From: an uncultured Clostridia bacterium
Lineage (GTDB): Bacteria; Bacillota; Clostridia; TANB77; CAG-508
Assembly (NCBI GenBank): GCA_963558405.1
Contig: CAUWGC010000018.1
Span: 1 to 34,114 of the forward strand
Length of the DNA: 34,114 bases
Direction of reading: 5' to 3'
Shown: one piece after another, positions 21,348-30,969 of the stretch
Layout of the letters: every line of letters begins with the position of its first letter
Position numbering within the stretch: position 1 is the first letter of the stretch
Translations under genes and position numbers: made by a program
The notes under the pieces: model-generated
Seen by the model: the letters and a program-made list of their open reading frames with translations, nothing else
Told to the model about the DNA's origin: nothing
The model's database searches: none

Positions 21348-21650
21348 ATGACTTTAGAAGAAAAGAAAAATAATAACATGGCAGGAAGTATAATTCAAAA
21401 TCTAATACTAGAAAATAGAAATAGATTAAGTATTTCTGGAGTACTTGATGTTCTTAGTTTTGATGATCAAATTATTATTGTTGAAACAGAATTAGGATTG
21501 TTAACAGTAAAAGGGGAAGAACTTAGAATAAATAAATTAAGTATAGACACTTCAGAAGTTGTTGTAGAGGGCGAAGTTTATAGTTTATCTTATAGTGAAA
21601 AAGAAATTGAAAAAAAAGGAAGTAGTCTTTTAGGTAAAATTTTTAAATAA
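21348..21650 (+). CDS. yabP: Sporulation protein YabP
   Basis: LENR..L.ISGV.DV.SFD…ET.LG.L.VKG..L.INKL pattern. Synteny with yabQ and divIC. Confidence 0.93.
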   Translation: MTLEEKKNNNMAGSIIQNLILENRNRLSISGVLDVLSFDDQIIIVETELGLLTVKGEELRINKLSIDTSEVVVEGEVYSLSYSEKEIEKKGSSLLGKIFK

Positions 21651-21672
21651 AGATAGGTGATGAAAATAAATA

Positions 21673-22173
21673 ATGGATAGTACTAATCAATTGTATGTTT
21701 TTACTATTTTTGTCTTAACTGGTATAGTAACAGGTGTTTTATTTGACATATTTAGAATTTTTAGAAAGTCATTTAAAACACCAGATTGGCTTACCTATTT
21801 TGAAGATATAGTATTTTGGATTTTAACAGGCTATTTAGTATTATATTCAATATTTAAATATAATAACGGAGAATTACGTTTTTATTTATTTTTAGGAATT
21901 ACTTTAGGAATAATTTTTTATCTTCACATATTTAGCAAATTATTTATTTATATTAACGTAAAAATAATTAACATATTAAAAAAATGTATTTCTATTATTT
22001 TTTATCCATTTAAGTGTGTTTTATTGTTTCTTAGAAAACTTATATTAAAACCAATATCTTTTATTTATATAAACATAAGAAAAAATATTATGAATATTTT
22101 TAAAAATATTATTCATTTATTTGGTAAAAAAAACAAAAAAATATACAAACAAAAGAAGGATTTTAGCATATAA
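21673..22173 (+). CDS. yabQ: Spore cortex biosynthesis protein YabQ
   Basis: G.LFDIFR, ED..FW, NNGELR.Y motifs. Synteny. Confidence 0.92.
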   Translation: MDSTNQLYVFTIFVLTGIVTGVLFDIFRIFRKSFKTPDWLTYFEDIVFWILTGYLVLYSIFKYNNGELRFYLFLGITLGIIFYLHIFSKLFIYINVKIINILKKCISIIFYPFKCVLLFLRKLILKPISFIYINIRKNIMNIFKNIIHLFGKKNKKIYKQKKDFSI

Positions 22174-22221
22174 TGTAGAAATATATATATGTATAATTTG
22201 AAATTTGGAGCGATATTACTT

Positions 22222-22488
22222 ATGAAAAAAGTTTATAAAAATTTATTAATTTTAGTTTCTGTTTTATATGTTATTCTTACAATTATAAATCAACAAAAAA
22301 TGTTATCTTCATATAAAACTCAACAATTATCATATGAAGAAAAAATACAAGAGGAAAAAGAAAAAAATTCAGAATTACTTTCTGTTAAAGATAATGTAAA
22401 TTCATTAGAATATATCGAAGAAACAGCTAGAGAAAAGCTAGATATGTATCTTCCAAATGAAAGAAAATATGTAGATGTATGTAAATAA
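22222..22488 (+). CDS. divIC: Septum formation initiator (DivIC/FtsB family)
   Basis: TM helix, coiled coil, EYIE..AREKL…P.E motif. Follows yabQ. Confidence 0.85.
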   Translation: MKKVYKNLLILVSVLYVILTIINQQKMLSSYKTQQLSYEEKIQEEKEKNSELLSVKDNVNSLEYIEETAREKLDMYLPNERKYVDVCK

Positions 22489-22673
22489 GAACAAACCTTA
22501 AATATCATTTAAGGTTTCTATTTTACAATACAGAAAAATTTTGTTTTTATATTATAAATTTTTGAGTTATCATTTATTTTATTCTTAAAAATTAACTTCT
22601 TTCAAATCCCGTAAAATTATTTATATAATTATAATAAAATATTTCAATTTTGTTATATGCAAGGAGGAAAAAT

Positions 22674-24035
22674 ATGGATATAGAAAAAATGACATTAGTA
22701 GAATTACGCCAACTAGCAAAAGAAAAAGGATTAAAAAATGTTACTAAATTAAAAAAAGATGAATTAATTGAAATTTTAATAGAAAAAGATAAAATTAACT
22801 ATGAACAACCAGCTGAAGAATCAGAAAATATATCAAAAAGTCCAAATGTTCTAGAAGAGGGACCAAAAGTATATGCACCTCAAGGCATATATAAAGTTAC
22901 TAATACAGAAGATCAAATTATTGAAGGGATTTTAGAGGTTTTACCTGATGGATATGGATTCTTAAGAGGAGATAATTATTTACCTAGCCCAAAAGATGTT
23001 TATATTTCACCAGTGCAAATAAGAAGATTTAAACTAGATACTGGAGATAAAATAAAGGGAATTTCAAGAAATCCAAAAGAAGGAGAAAAATTTCCAGCAT
23101 TAATTTTTGTAGGAGAAGTCAATGGAGAACAACCAGAAAAAGCTTTTAGAAGAAAAAAATTTGATGATCTTGTTCCTATTTATCCTACTGAAAGACTAAA
23201 ACTAGAAACTGAGAATCCAAATGAATATGCAATGAGAATAATTGACTTAATTTCACCTGTAGGAAAAGGACAAAGAGGAATGATTGTTGCTCCTCCTAAG
23301 GTTGGAAAAACCACACTTATAAAAAAGATAGCTAACAGTATTGCTATTAATAATCCAGAAGTAGAATTAATAGTATTACTTATAGATGAAAGACCAGAAG
23401 AAGTAACAGACATGAAACGTTCTATTAAAGGAGATGTAATTTATTCTACTTTTGATGAAGTACCAGATCATCATGTTAAAGTTGCAGAAATGGTATTAGA
23501 AAGAGCAAAAAGATTAACCGAACAAGGAAAAGATGTTGTTATTCTTTTAGATAGCATAACAAGACTTGCTAGAGCATACAATTTGGTTATTCCATCTTCT
23601 GGAAAAACACTTTCTGGTGGTTTAGATCCAAGTGCATTACATAAACCTAAAAAATTCTTTGGAGCTGCTAGAAACATAGAAAATGGGGGAAGCCTTACAA
23701 TTTTAGCATCTGCTCTAATTGAAACCGGAAGTAGAATGGATGATGTCATATTTGAAGAATTCAAAGGAACAGGTAATATGGAAGTTCATTTAGACAGAAA
23801 ACTATCTGAAAAACGAATTTTTCCTGCTATTGATATAAATAAATCTGGAACAAGAAGAGAAGATTTATTATTAAGTCAGAAAGAATTAGAAACTGTATTT
23901 GCATTAAGAAAAGCAATGAATAGTATGCAAGTTTCAGAAATAACTGAACAATTAATAAACCAAATGATAGAAACAAAAAACAATGAAGAATTTATTGATA
24001 AAATGGAAGAACTTTTAAAGAACTATAAAGATTAA
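22674..24035 (+). CDS. rho: Transcription termination factor Rho
   Basis: [44 protein letters not shown]22674 fits RBS AGGAGG. Confidence 0.97.
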   Translation: MDIEKMTLVELRQLAKEKGLKNVTKLKKDELIEILIEKDKINYEQPAEESENISKSPNVLEEGPKVYAPQGIYKVTNTEDQIIEGILEVLPDGYGFLRGDNYLPSPKDVYISPVQIRRFKLDTGDKIKGISRNPKEGEKFPALIFVGEVNGEQPEKAFRRKKFDDLVPIYPTERLKLETENPNEYAMRIIDLISPVGKGQRGMIVAPPKVGKTTLIKKIANSIAINNPEVELIVLLIDERPEEVTDMKRSIKGDVIYSTFDEVPDHHVKVAEMVLERAKRLTEQGKDVVILLDSITRLARAYNLVIPSSGKTLSGGLDPSALHKPKKFFGAARNIENGGSLTILASALIETGSRMDDVIFEEFKGTGNMEVHLDRKLSEKRIFPAIDINKSGTRREDLLLSQKELETVFALRKAMNSMQVSEITEQLINQMIETKNNEEFIDKMEELLKNYKD

Positions 24036-24062
24036 GGATTCTTTCTTAATCTTTATAGTTTT
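24021..24062 (+). terminator. Intrinsic terminator after rho
   Basis: AACTATAAAGATTAAG / CTTAATCTTTATAGTT inverted repeat plus T-run. Confidence 0.75.
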
Positions 24063-24075
24063 ATACTAAAGACAT

Positions 24076-24154
24076 AAAAAAGAACCTGCCACTTTAACTA
24101 ATAGTCATAAGACTCCTAGTATAACGTCCAAGACGGTAGGTGGCTTAGGTTCAT
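24076..24154 (-). ncRNA. Putative small structured RNA 1 (three-way junction)
   Basis: Own promoter TTGACA(24187-24182)-17-TGnTATAAT. Closing stem GAACCU-AA-GCCAC / GUGGC-AGGUUC followed by a U-run. Confidence 0.7.
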
Positions 24155-24191
24155 AGAAATTATATCACATTAAATAAATAATGTCAAAAGT

Positions 24192-24287
24192 ATATGTGTG
24201 GAAGAAACCCGCCAGGGTAGCTAATGATCAACAGATCCCTAACTCAACGTCCCAAACGAGACCCAGCTCAGATTTTTCCACACATAA
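24192..24287 (-). ncRNA. Putative small structured RNA 2, same fold as RNA 1
   Basis: Own promoter TTGACT(24320-24315)-17-TGnTATACT. Closing stem UAUGUGUGGAA / UUCCACACAUA. Shares CGUY-UNG-GACG hairpin with RNA 1. Confidence 0.7.
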
Positions 24288-24408
24288 TAAGAGTATAACA
24301 CAAGAAAGAAATAAAGTCAAAAGTGACAATTTTATAAAATAAGTAAAAAGATAGAATTGTCAAAGCGAGGTTTTTTTATAAAATTAAATTCACTTTAACA
24401 TATCAAAA

Positions 24409-25475
24409 GATAGCAGAAGAGAGGTAGGTATAGGTATGTAAAAGTGCAAAAAAAGAAATAATAAACATTGCACAAAATCAAAGTTTTGCGCAATAAGATA
24501 TAGGAGTAAAATATATAGGCATACCATTTAATGCCTTACAACCACTTTACCTACAACCCTCTTATAGCTTGCTATCAAATATCGTTTGACTAATGTTATT
24601 ACTTTATATATTTAATATTGTAATAATGTTAGTCTTGTTCCAGATTTTTTATCTTATTTCAATTCATAATTGAATCTTAACTGATTTTATAATTTATCCT
24701 TTATAATTTTATATTCAAATTATTTCTTATATTAAAATTTTACAAAAATCTCTAAAATCTTCAAATCACTATATTTGCCGTATTTTTGCAACAACAAACT
24801 ATATGTCTTTAAAATAAAAACGCCTTAAAATCGATTCTCGTGCGTCGTTTTTTTAGGTATTTTTTCAGTTTTTTATATATTTATATAAGTATAAAAAATT
24901 TGGTTATTTTTTATCTAAAATCTCTCAAACCCAGAATTATCAATATTTTGCTAAAATACTAAACAACAAGTTATATGGCTTAAGTATAAAAATGGCTTAA
25001 AATCGATTCTCGTAAGCCATTATTTTAAATCTTTTAGAGATTACTTTAGCATCTGCAGATAATTATAAAAATTGCATATATATAACTGAAATTTTCATAA
25101 ACAACTCAAATAAATCTAAATTTAATGTTTAGATGAATAATTTGTAAATGGCTTAAATTTGATTTTTGCAAGTTTAAATTATAATAATTAAAATACAATA
25201 TAAATTAAAAACCAAACATTGAAATTTGCAATTAACAAATGTTCGCTTTAAAAATTATATAAATTTAAAATTTTTAATTTACAATTTTTAAAATTTGAAA
25301 ATTTCAAATGCAATATTTTTTAATTTTATTTTTCAATTTAAAAAACTTTTAATTATAAATATTAAATAAATTTTATTTTGTAAAACTTTGCACAAAATTT
25401 TTCTAAGTCTTTTTTATTATATTAAATATAAATCTATAACATTAAAAAATGGCTATCCTTCCCTACTCTACTCAA
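24409..25475. repeat. Structured non-coding element, copy 1
   Basis: Core ATTGCACAAAA-TCAAAG-TTTTGCGCAAT at 24467-24494. Internal CTTAAAATCGATTCTCG units. Inverted arm TTTGCACAAAA near 25387. Homologous to elements starting at 27220 and 32650. Confidence 0.8.
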
Positions 25476-25529
25476 TTTTATTCAAATTAATAAAAAAAGC
25501 CAAATTAGTTATAAATCGGCTTTTCCATT

Positions 25530-25761
25530 TCAATTACTCAATTAATTCACATTTAATTTCTGCTAGCATATCAGGATTTTATCTCAAAAAATATTGTTTA
25601 ATCTCCAAAGAATCTTCTTTGGGCATTGTAGAAGTCTCAAGTAACTTATGTATAAATAATTTTGTATACGGAACTTTATAATCAAGTTTCAATTTTATTA
25701 CTTCTAAAAAAACTTTATAAAATTCTTGAAATGATGAATTTTCACTCATATTTAATTGCAT
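25530..25761 (-). pseudogene. Fragments of unidentified genes ending at a minus-strand terminator (25495-25523)
   Basis: Short open frames (SENSSFQEFYKVFLEV…; NPDMLAEIKCELIE*) with no RBS or start of their own. Confidence 0.4.
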
Positions 25762-25920
25762 CTATGCTTTTTTCTTATTCCTTAACCTTTCCACCAGGTA
25801 ACATATAGAAATCCATGTCATCTCCATAAAATAAAAGAATTTTTGTTTCATCTTCATTATATATAATTGCATACACTCTATATGCAAAATTAAAATTTTC
25901 ATTTTTTTATTTTATATCAC
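25750..25920 (-). pseudogene. NUDIX hydrolase N-terminal fragment
   Basis: DIK*KNENFNFAYRVYAIIYNEDETKILLFYGDDMDFYMLPGGKVKE*EKSIDAIK: start of a Nudix box with two stops, then truncated. Confidence 0.75.
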
Positions 25921-26191
25921 CAAATAAATCATATGTATAAAATACTTCTTTATAAGCAACACCTAATTTATAAACATCCTCTTCATAAGTTGATAATTTA
26001 CCACCCCATTTTTCATATATAGTTCTTGCTTTATGATTGTCTTTTAATACTCCAATCACATATCTAGTTGCGCCATTTTTTATTGCCCATTCTTCAAACA
26101 TTCTCTTAAAGCTACTACCTATTCCTTTTTCTTGAAAATCAGGATCTATATATAATCCAATTAAATCTGCATATTTTACATTATACTTCAT
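25907..26191 (-). pseudogene. GNAT acetyltransferase C-terminal fragment
   Basis: LYIDPDFQEKGIGS acetyl-CoA motif and N.KAR..YEKWG. N-terminal half missing. Confidence 0.75.
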
Positions 26192-26414
26192 TAACGTTAT
26201 CTATATATGATGCTATTTTACTTGTAATTAGCATTATTAAATAGGCAATTACAACTGCAACAGTAAGTTTTATTATTTTATCTAGTGTTAAAGGGCTAGT
26301 ACCAAAATATGATAACGCAAAAGCTTCACCATAATCTGCTATAGAATATATTGTGTTAAAAACAATAGACCATAACAATAATTTTTTAGATATTACTTTT
26401 AACAATTCTTTCAT
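26181..26414 (-). pseudogene. N-terminal fragment of a membrane protein, probably an ABC-transporter TM domain
   Basis: RBS GAGGCGG and two TM helices, then an abrupt end at the GNAT fragment. Confidence 0.5.
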
Positions 26415-26435
26415 TATCTACCGCCTCGTTTTCTT

Positions 26436-26924
26436 TCATTTCTTATATTCATTCTTAATATCATTTATAAATTCAGGTAAATTAGTAAATGTAGCTATAA
26501 CTCCTCTATTTGTAAGTGCAAAAATATCTCTAGTTTTTTTATTTATTTCTTCTTTTACTGCTTTAGGAACTTTAATTGATATTCCTGCTTTTTTATATTC
26601 TTGTTCTATGTATTTTTCTAACGTAGGAAACATATTTTGAATTAAAAAAACGGCTTTTTTTCCAGCTAAATTTCTTGCAAACACAAAGTTATTTGGCTCT
26701 ATTCCTTTTTTAGATTTGATATCATTATATAATTTTAAATATTTATCATATTTAGAAGACATAGGCACGAACCACAATATATTTTTATCAATTTTATCTC
26801 TAAAACAAAAATAAGTTGGCCTTTTTGTACCAGTTTCTTTATTTTACATTAAATGATATTTTGGATTATACTTTTCAATAAATTTATCTTTTATAAAATA
26901 TAATTTTCCTTCTATAATTTCCAT
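26436..26924 (-). pseudogene. Type III toxin-antitoxin toxin, CptN-like, with a nonsense codon at position 27
   Basis: RBS AAGGAG. MEIIEGKLYFIKDKF…LM*NKE…KRPTYFCFRD…WFVPMSSK…FLIQNMFP. TAA at 26846-26844. Upstream repeats and terminator are typical of type III TA loci. Confidence 0.8.
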
Positions 26925-26941
26925 CTTACTCCTTATATAAT

Positions 26942-26964
26942 AAAAAGGGAGTACAAAGACTCCC
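26942..26964 (-). terminator. Terminator between antitoxin repeats and toxin gene
   Basis: GGGAGT-CTTTGT-ACTCCC followed by TTTTT on the minus strand. Confidence 0.8.
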
Positions 26965-26969
26965 AAATT

Positions 26970-27060
26970 TATTCACCAGTGTATTTTCTCTTTGCCAACT
27001 GGGTGGCTGATTAATCGATTGTCTAGGGTATTTTACTCTTTGCCTCCTAGTAGGCAGTAT
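26970..27060 (-). ncRNA. Type III antitoxin RNA (CptI-like), two pseudoknot repeats with about 48 nt period
   Basis: UGCCU-ACUAGG-AGGCA…CCUAG and GCCA-CCCAGU-UGGC…ACUGG, shared linker AAAGAG(U)AAAAUAC. Extended -10 TGcTATAAT at 27083-27075. Confidence 0.8.
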
Positions 27061-27219
27061 TTATTTATATAATAATTATAGCATCTTATATTATTTGAAT
27101 TGTCAACTAGTACAAAATAATTTTCTAAAATTATTATATATAATATTATATGCTATTTTTTAATGTATAATACAAATAATTTTATGATATCAAATGATTA
27201 TATAAAAAACTGTCGCGGC

Positions 27220-27692
27220 ATCAAAGTTTTGTGCAAAAAGGAATAGGAGTAAAATAATAGAACCCTTATCAAGGTCCTACCCACAAGTTCTTGTAACTAC
27301 TAGCCTTAACGGCTTTACTAGCTATTTATTAGCTATCGTTTGACTAACATTATTACTTTATAATTTATTACTTGTAATAATGTTAGTCTAGTCCCAGATA
27401 TTTATTTCTAAAATCAATTTTAAATCAGTTTTATAATTTATCCTTATAATTTTACATCTAAATAATTTTTCTATTTAAAATTTAATTTTATTACTTAATA
27501 ATTTTTATTTCATATTATATTTTATATAAATTTTCCAAAAATCTTCAAAATGCCTATTTCTCTATATTTGCCGTATTTTACAGAAAACAAACTATATGTC
27601 TAATTTATAAAAAACGCTTAGAACCGATTCTCACAAGCCGTCATTTTAAAGGTTTTTGAGGTTTTGTCTTTGGTTTAGACAAAATTTGCAAA
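27220..27692. repeat. Structured non-coding element, copy 2 (truncated)
   Basis: 37 nt identical to copy 3 (ATCAAAGTTTTGTGCAAAAAGGAATAGGAGTAAAATA). 27332-27660 is collinear with 24578-24870. Confidence 0.8.
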
Positions 27693-27737
27693 AAGAAATT
27701 ACGACACAAACCAATGATGGTCTGTGTCATAAAGTTT

Positions 27738-27992
27738 TTATCTTATTCTATCTTTGTATACCAATACCTTCTTAATCTCATCTTCTGTAATTGCTCTATT
27801 ATCAATAGTTATACCTTTATCAGAATAGGCTATTGTTTTAAATGCAATTACTATTTCATAAGTACTTTCTATTGTTTGTCCATCTCTTAAAGTATAAAAG
27901 TATATATACTTATGATTTTTATAATAACTATAGTTCTTATAATTTACTAAACTAGAAAACATTGAATTATCATTCATGTGATGTACCATCAC
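27738..27992 (-). CDS. Hypothetical protein or decayed gene
   Basis: Open frame of 84 codons with a hairpin downstream (27702-27730). Start region looks disrupted. Confidence 0.35.
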   Translation of the reverse strand: MMVHHMNDNSMFSSLVNYKNYSYYKNHKYIYFYTLRDGQTIESTYEIVIAFKTIAYSDKGITIDNRAITEDEIKKVLVYKDRIR

Positions 27993-28048
27993 CTTGCAAT
28001 CTCTACATCTTCTCTAAAAAATATATTTTTTCACCTTTCTGTCACAAT

Positions 28049-28636
28049 CTACATATTAATAATTAAATACATATATCTTCTAACACCATTTATTTTATAA
28101 CAAATTCTATATTTTAAATTAGCACCCCTTGAACTACCCGCAATCTCACTAATTTCTACTGTCACCGTCGAGGTTTCTTTGCTTTGAACAGTTTGAGTTA
28201 CTGAAGCTGATTTTAGAGTTAAGTCTTTACTATTTTCTAGGTTTTCGATTACTCCATCTGTTAATGCAATATCATTATTATTAATAAATTTCATTGTTAC
28301 CGTTAAAGTTCTTTTTGTCAATGCGATTGCTGATATATTTACTTTTCCATTTACTCCAAATGTATCATCATCAAATTTTGAAGTATTTCCAACAGAAAAA
28401 GCATTTATGAAATAACTATCTTTAACTGTAATTAATTTATCATTACTCTGAGCAACTATATCTAAATTCTCTAGTTTAGGTTCTTTATAATCTGATGTTA
28501 CTGTACCATTAATATATAACTTTGAAGACCATAAAGAATATCCTGTTCCCATAGTCATAAAAAGCAATATTATTACAATCAATACAAGACTTACTGAAAT
28601 ATAATGTTTTCTCTTGATTTTGTATTTTTTTCGCAT
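28049..28636 (-). CDS. Secreted beta-rich protein with SipW-type signal peptide
   Basis: Basic N-terminus, TM helix, GTGYSLWSSKLYINGTV. ATG28636 fits RBS AGAGGAG. Confidence 0.7.
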   Translation of the reverse strand: MRKKYKIKRKHYISVSLVLIVIILLFMTMGTGYSLWSSKLYINGTVTSDYKEPKLENLDIVAQSNDKLITVKDSYFINAFSVGNTSKFDDDTFGVNGKVNISAIALTKRTLTVTMKFINNNDIALTDGVIENLENSKDLTLKSASVTQTVQSKETSTVTVEISEIAGSSRGANLKYRICYKINGVRRYMYLIINM

Positions 28637-28646
28637 ATTATCTCCT

Positions 28647-29705
28647 CTAACCATTATTTCTAAATATAAATCTATATGTTATCTCATTACTCATAACGCT
28701 AAACCAAGCTTCTGTGCTTTCTTTTGATTCCCAATATAAAATTGGTTTAAATAGTTCCTCAGATACTTTTATAATCTCTCCAAAGTCTTTAACATCAACA
28801 ATATTTTCTTGTTTAATGTCTACTTTATCTTTAATTTTTACTATCTTATCTTGGCACAATCTTAACATTCTATTTAATTCTTTTCTATAATTATTCTTTA
28901 TTTTATTTATTGCAACCGTATTTCTAGTAATATATTTCAATCCAATTACTAAAATTATAATTAGTATTGTATCTAAACTAATTGCTACAATATTGATATT
29001 TTCATTTTCTTCTTTTGTTTTTGTTACATATGATGTCTCATCTTTATTATTTTCGCCTTTTATCTGTGTCGTTTTTTCGCCTAAGTCAATTGAAACTGCT
29101 GATGTATATTGATTTACTACAGGCTCATCATCAATTTCTGTTTTGACATCAACCTGCAATATTATCATATACGTAGTTTTTAATGTCATGTTCATTTCTT
29201 GTTCAAAATCTGTTACTAATTTGTTTTTATCTTTTAAATTTAGTTCTATTGGCTCTTGAATTGAAATTTTATCTGACATTTGTTTTTGTGTTTCACTATC
29301 AAATAAAACTTCCTCTTTATCCCAAACCTTCTGTTCCTCTCCATCTTTTGTATATACGGCCTGAAGCTTTCCTAATATTTTATAATCATATTCCAAATCA
29401 GAAGCTTTGTTTCCTATATAATCATAATTAATATTCAAATGTATATTATCAATTAAGTCTGTAACATATACTTCATTCATCTGTAACGTTTTTTGATCTA
29501 TATATTTATTATTAATTAAATTAACATCATAATTATAATTAAATTCATTAGTATATGAATAAATTTCCTCTTTTTTTTTAATAGTATTATTTTTTAATAA
29601 GTTTTGAATAAGACTACTAGACAAAACTATAATTAATGACATAATACATATTATATAAAAATATCTAGTAGATTTACGTATTTTAACTTTTTGTCTAGTC
29701 CTCAT
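28647..29705 (-). CDS. Two-TM membrane protein, DUF5305-like, in the SipW operon
   Basis: N-terminal TM, large external domain, second TM, C-terminal V.DF.E..KVS.EL.KPIL motif. Confidence 0.65.
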   Translation of the reverse strand: MRTRQKVKIRKSTRYFYIICIMSLIIVLSSSLIQNLLKNNTIKKKEEIYSYTNEFNYNYDVNLINNKYIDQKTLQMNEVYVTDLIDNIHLNINYDYIGNKASDLEYDYKILGKLQAVYTKDGEEQKVWDKEEVLFDSETQKQMSDKISIQEPIELNLKDKNKLVTDFEQEMNMTLKTTYMIILQVDVKTEIDDEPVVNQYTSAVSIDLGEKTTQIKGENNKDETSYVTKTKEENENINIVAISLDTILIIILVIGLKYITRNTVAINKIKNNYRKELNRMLRLCQDKIVKIKDKVDIKQENIVDVKDFGEIIKVSEELFKPILYWESKESTEAWFSVMSNEITYRFIFRNNG

Positions 29706-29728
29706 ATTCCCCCTCCTTTAACTATATA

Positions 29729-30907
29729 CTATTTTCCTGTATCAACTTCTACCTGCTCGTTTGATTGTATTATATTTAGCCAAATAGCTGGATATCCTAA
29801 ATATTTTACCTTAAAAATAACTTTTCCTAGCACTTGTTCTTCTTTAACACTCTCTTTGTCTTCTGAAGGATTATTATCTCCTTTTGTTGTAAAATAATAT
29901 TCTCCATTTTTTTGCTTTTTCTCAATTACTCTATGTATAACTGTATATCCTTTCATTTGGTATTGTATAATGTCTCCATTGTCAATATCATTTGCATTAC
30001 ACTTTTTTACTATTACAACATCCCCTACATATAATTCTTTTTCCATACTCCCTGAAGCTATTGCTATTGGCTTTATAGGAAATACTCCTATTGTAAACCA
30101 TATTACCAATATTACTAAAACAACTAGCGGAATCGAATTTTTCGGATTTACATTTTCAATTTCCTGTCTTGATTTTATTTCACTATTTTTGCTATTAGCA
30201 TATCTGATATAGAAAAATAGTATTGTTGGAATCGTTGTTTCAATTATTGCAACCATAATCCATGGTGCATTTGGTAATATCGGAGATAGCCATAAATATA
30301 ATTTTGTAAATAATTCATATATACTTGCTGGCTTCCAATCAGATTTCATTGATATATATGAATATAAAACATTTTTAGCAATCAATGGTATAAGATTTTG
30401 ACATATATCTTTTAATGCAAATAATAAAGTTATTTTTGTATTTACATATTTGTTTAATCCTATTTCAATAATTATATATATTAATGATACTAATATAGCT
30501 ATTTCTTTTTTATCATTTTCATAAACATTGTTGATTAATCTATATCTTATATATTCTTTAGAAATTATTACAGTCCCAAACATCCATAAATTTATTAAAA
30601 AGCCTTTAACTGTTGTAAAATATGGATTGTTTCCAAAAGTAATAAATAGTCCTGATATCATATATGTTAATATATATATAATAACTGCTATTAAGATATA
30701 TTGAATAACTTCTTTCTTAATTCTTGATTTTTGATAAGATTTTCCAATAGCAATTTTTAAAAATACAGCTAATGTAATCCAAAATAAAGGATTGATAATA
30801 TATAAATATATAGCATTTATATTAAACACAAGTTTTAAATTTGCTAATAATCCATATATAAGCATCAAAATAATTATTGCTATTGTTATATTTTTTGATT
30901 TTTGCAT
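29729..30907 (-). CDS. Signal peptidase I, SipW/ER type, fused to an N-terminal polytopic membrane domain
   Basis: SGSME…GD, VIHRV (Ser-His dyad), TKGDNN…D motifs in the last ~130 aa. Confidence 0.88.
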   Translation of the reverse strand: MQKSKNITIAIIILMLIYGLLANLKLVFNINAIYLYIINPLFWITLAVFLKIAIGKSYQKSRIKKEVIQYILIAVIIYILTYMISGLFITFGNNPYFTTVKGFLINLWMFGTVIISKEYIRYRLINNVYENDKKEIAILVSLIYIIIEIGLNKYVNTKITLLFALKDICQNLIPLIAKNVLYSYISMKSDWKPASIYELFTKLYLWLSPILPNAPWIMVAIIETTIPTILFFYIRYANSKNSEIKSRQEIENVNPKNSIPLVVLVILVIWFTIGVFPIKPIAIASGSMEKELYVGDVVIVKKCNANDIDNGDIIQYQMKGYTVIHRVIEKKQKNGEYYFTTKGDNNPSEDKESVKEEQVLGKVIFKVKYLGYPAIWLNIIQSNEQVEVDTGK

Positions 30908-30969
30908 ATTTTTCCTCTAAAAAGTCTGATTAAAGGATAATATGAAATATTATCCTTTATTCACTTTAT

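Noticed and set aside
24076-24287. Hammerhead ribozyme or tRNA identity for the two small RNAs
   Set aside because: No CUGANGA/GAAA core, no TTC loop and no cloverleaf.
25388-25681. 97-aa + strand ORF, and likewise 26353..26640 and 32174..32689
   Set aside because: They span non-coding repeat DNA or are antisense to recognisable fragments.
25750-26924. TAA readthrough or reassignment suggested by three in-frame TAA codons in the toxin and NUDIX frames
   Set aside because: TAA is the normal stop of most core genes here, and the region is visibly decayed.
27990-28040. Possible AGG-T +1 shift at the start of the 27738..27992 ORF
   Set aside because: The shifted frame stops after a few codons, and in-frame AGG occurs at ordinary Arg positions in other genes.
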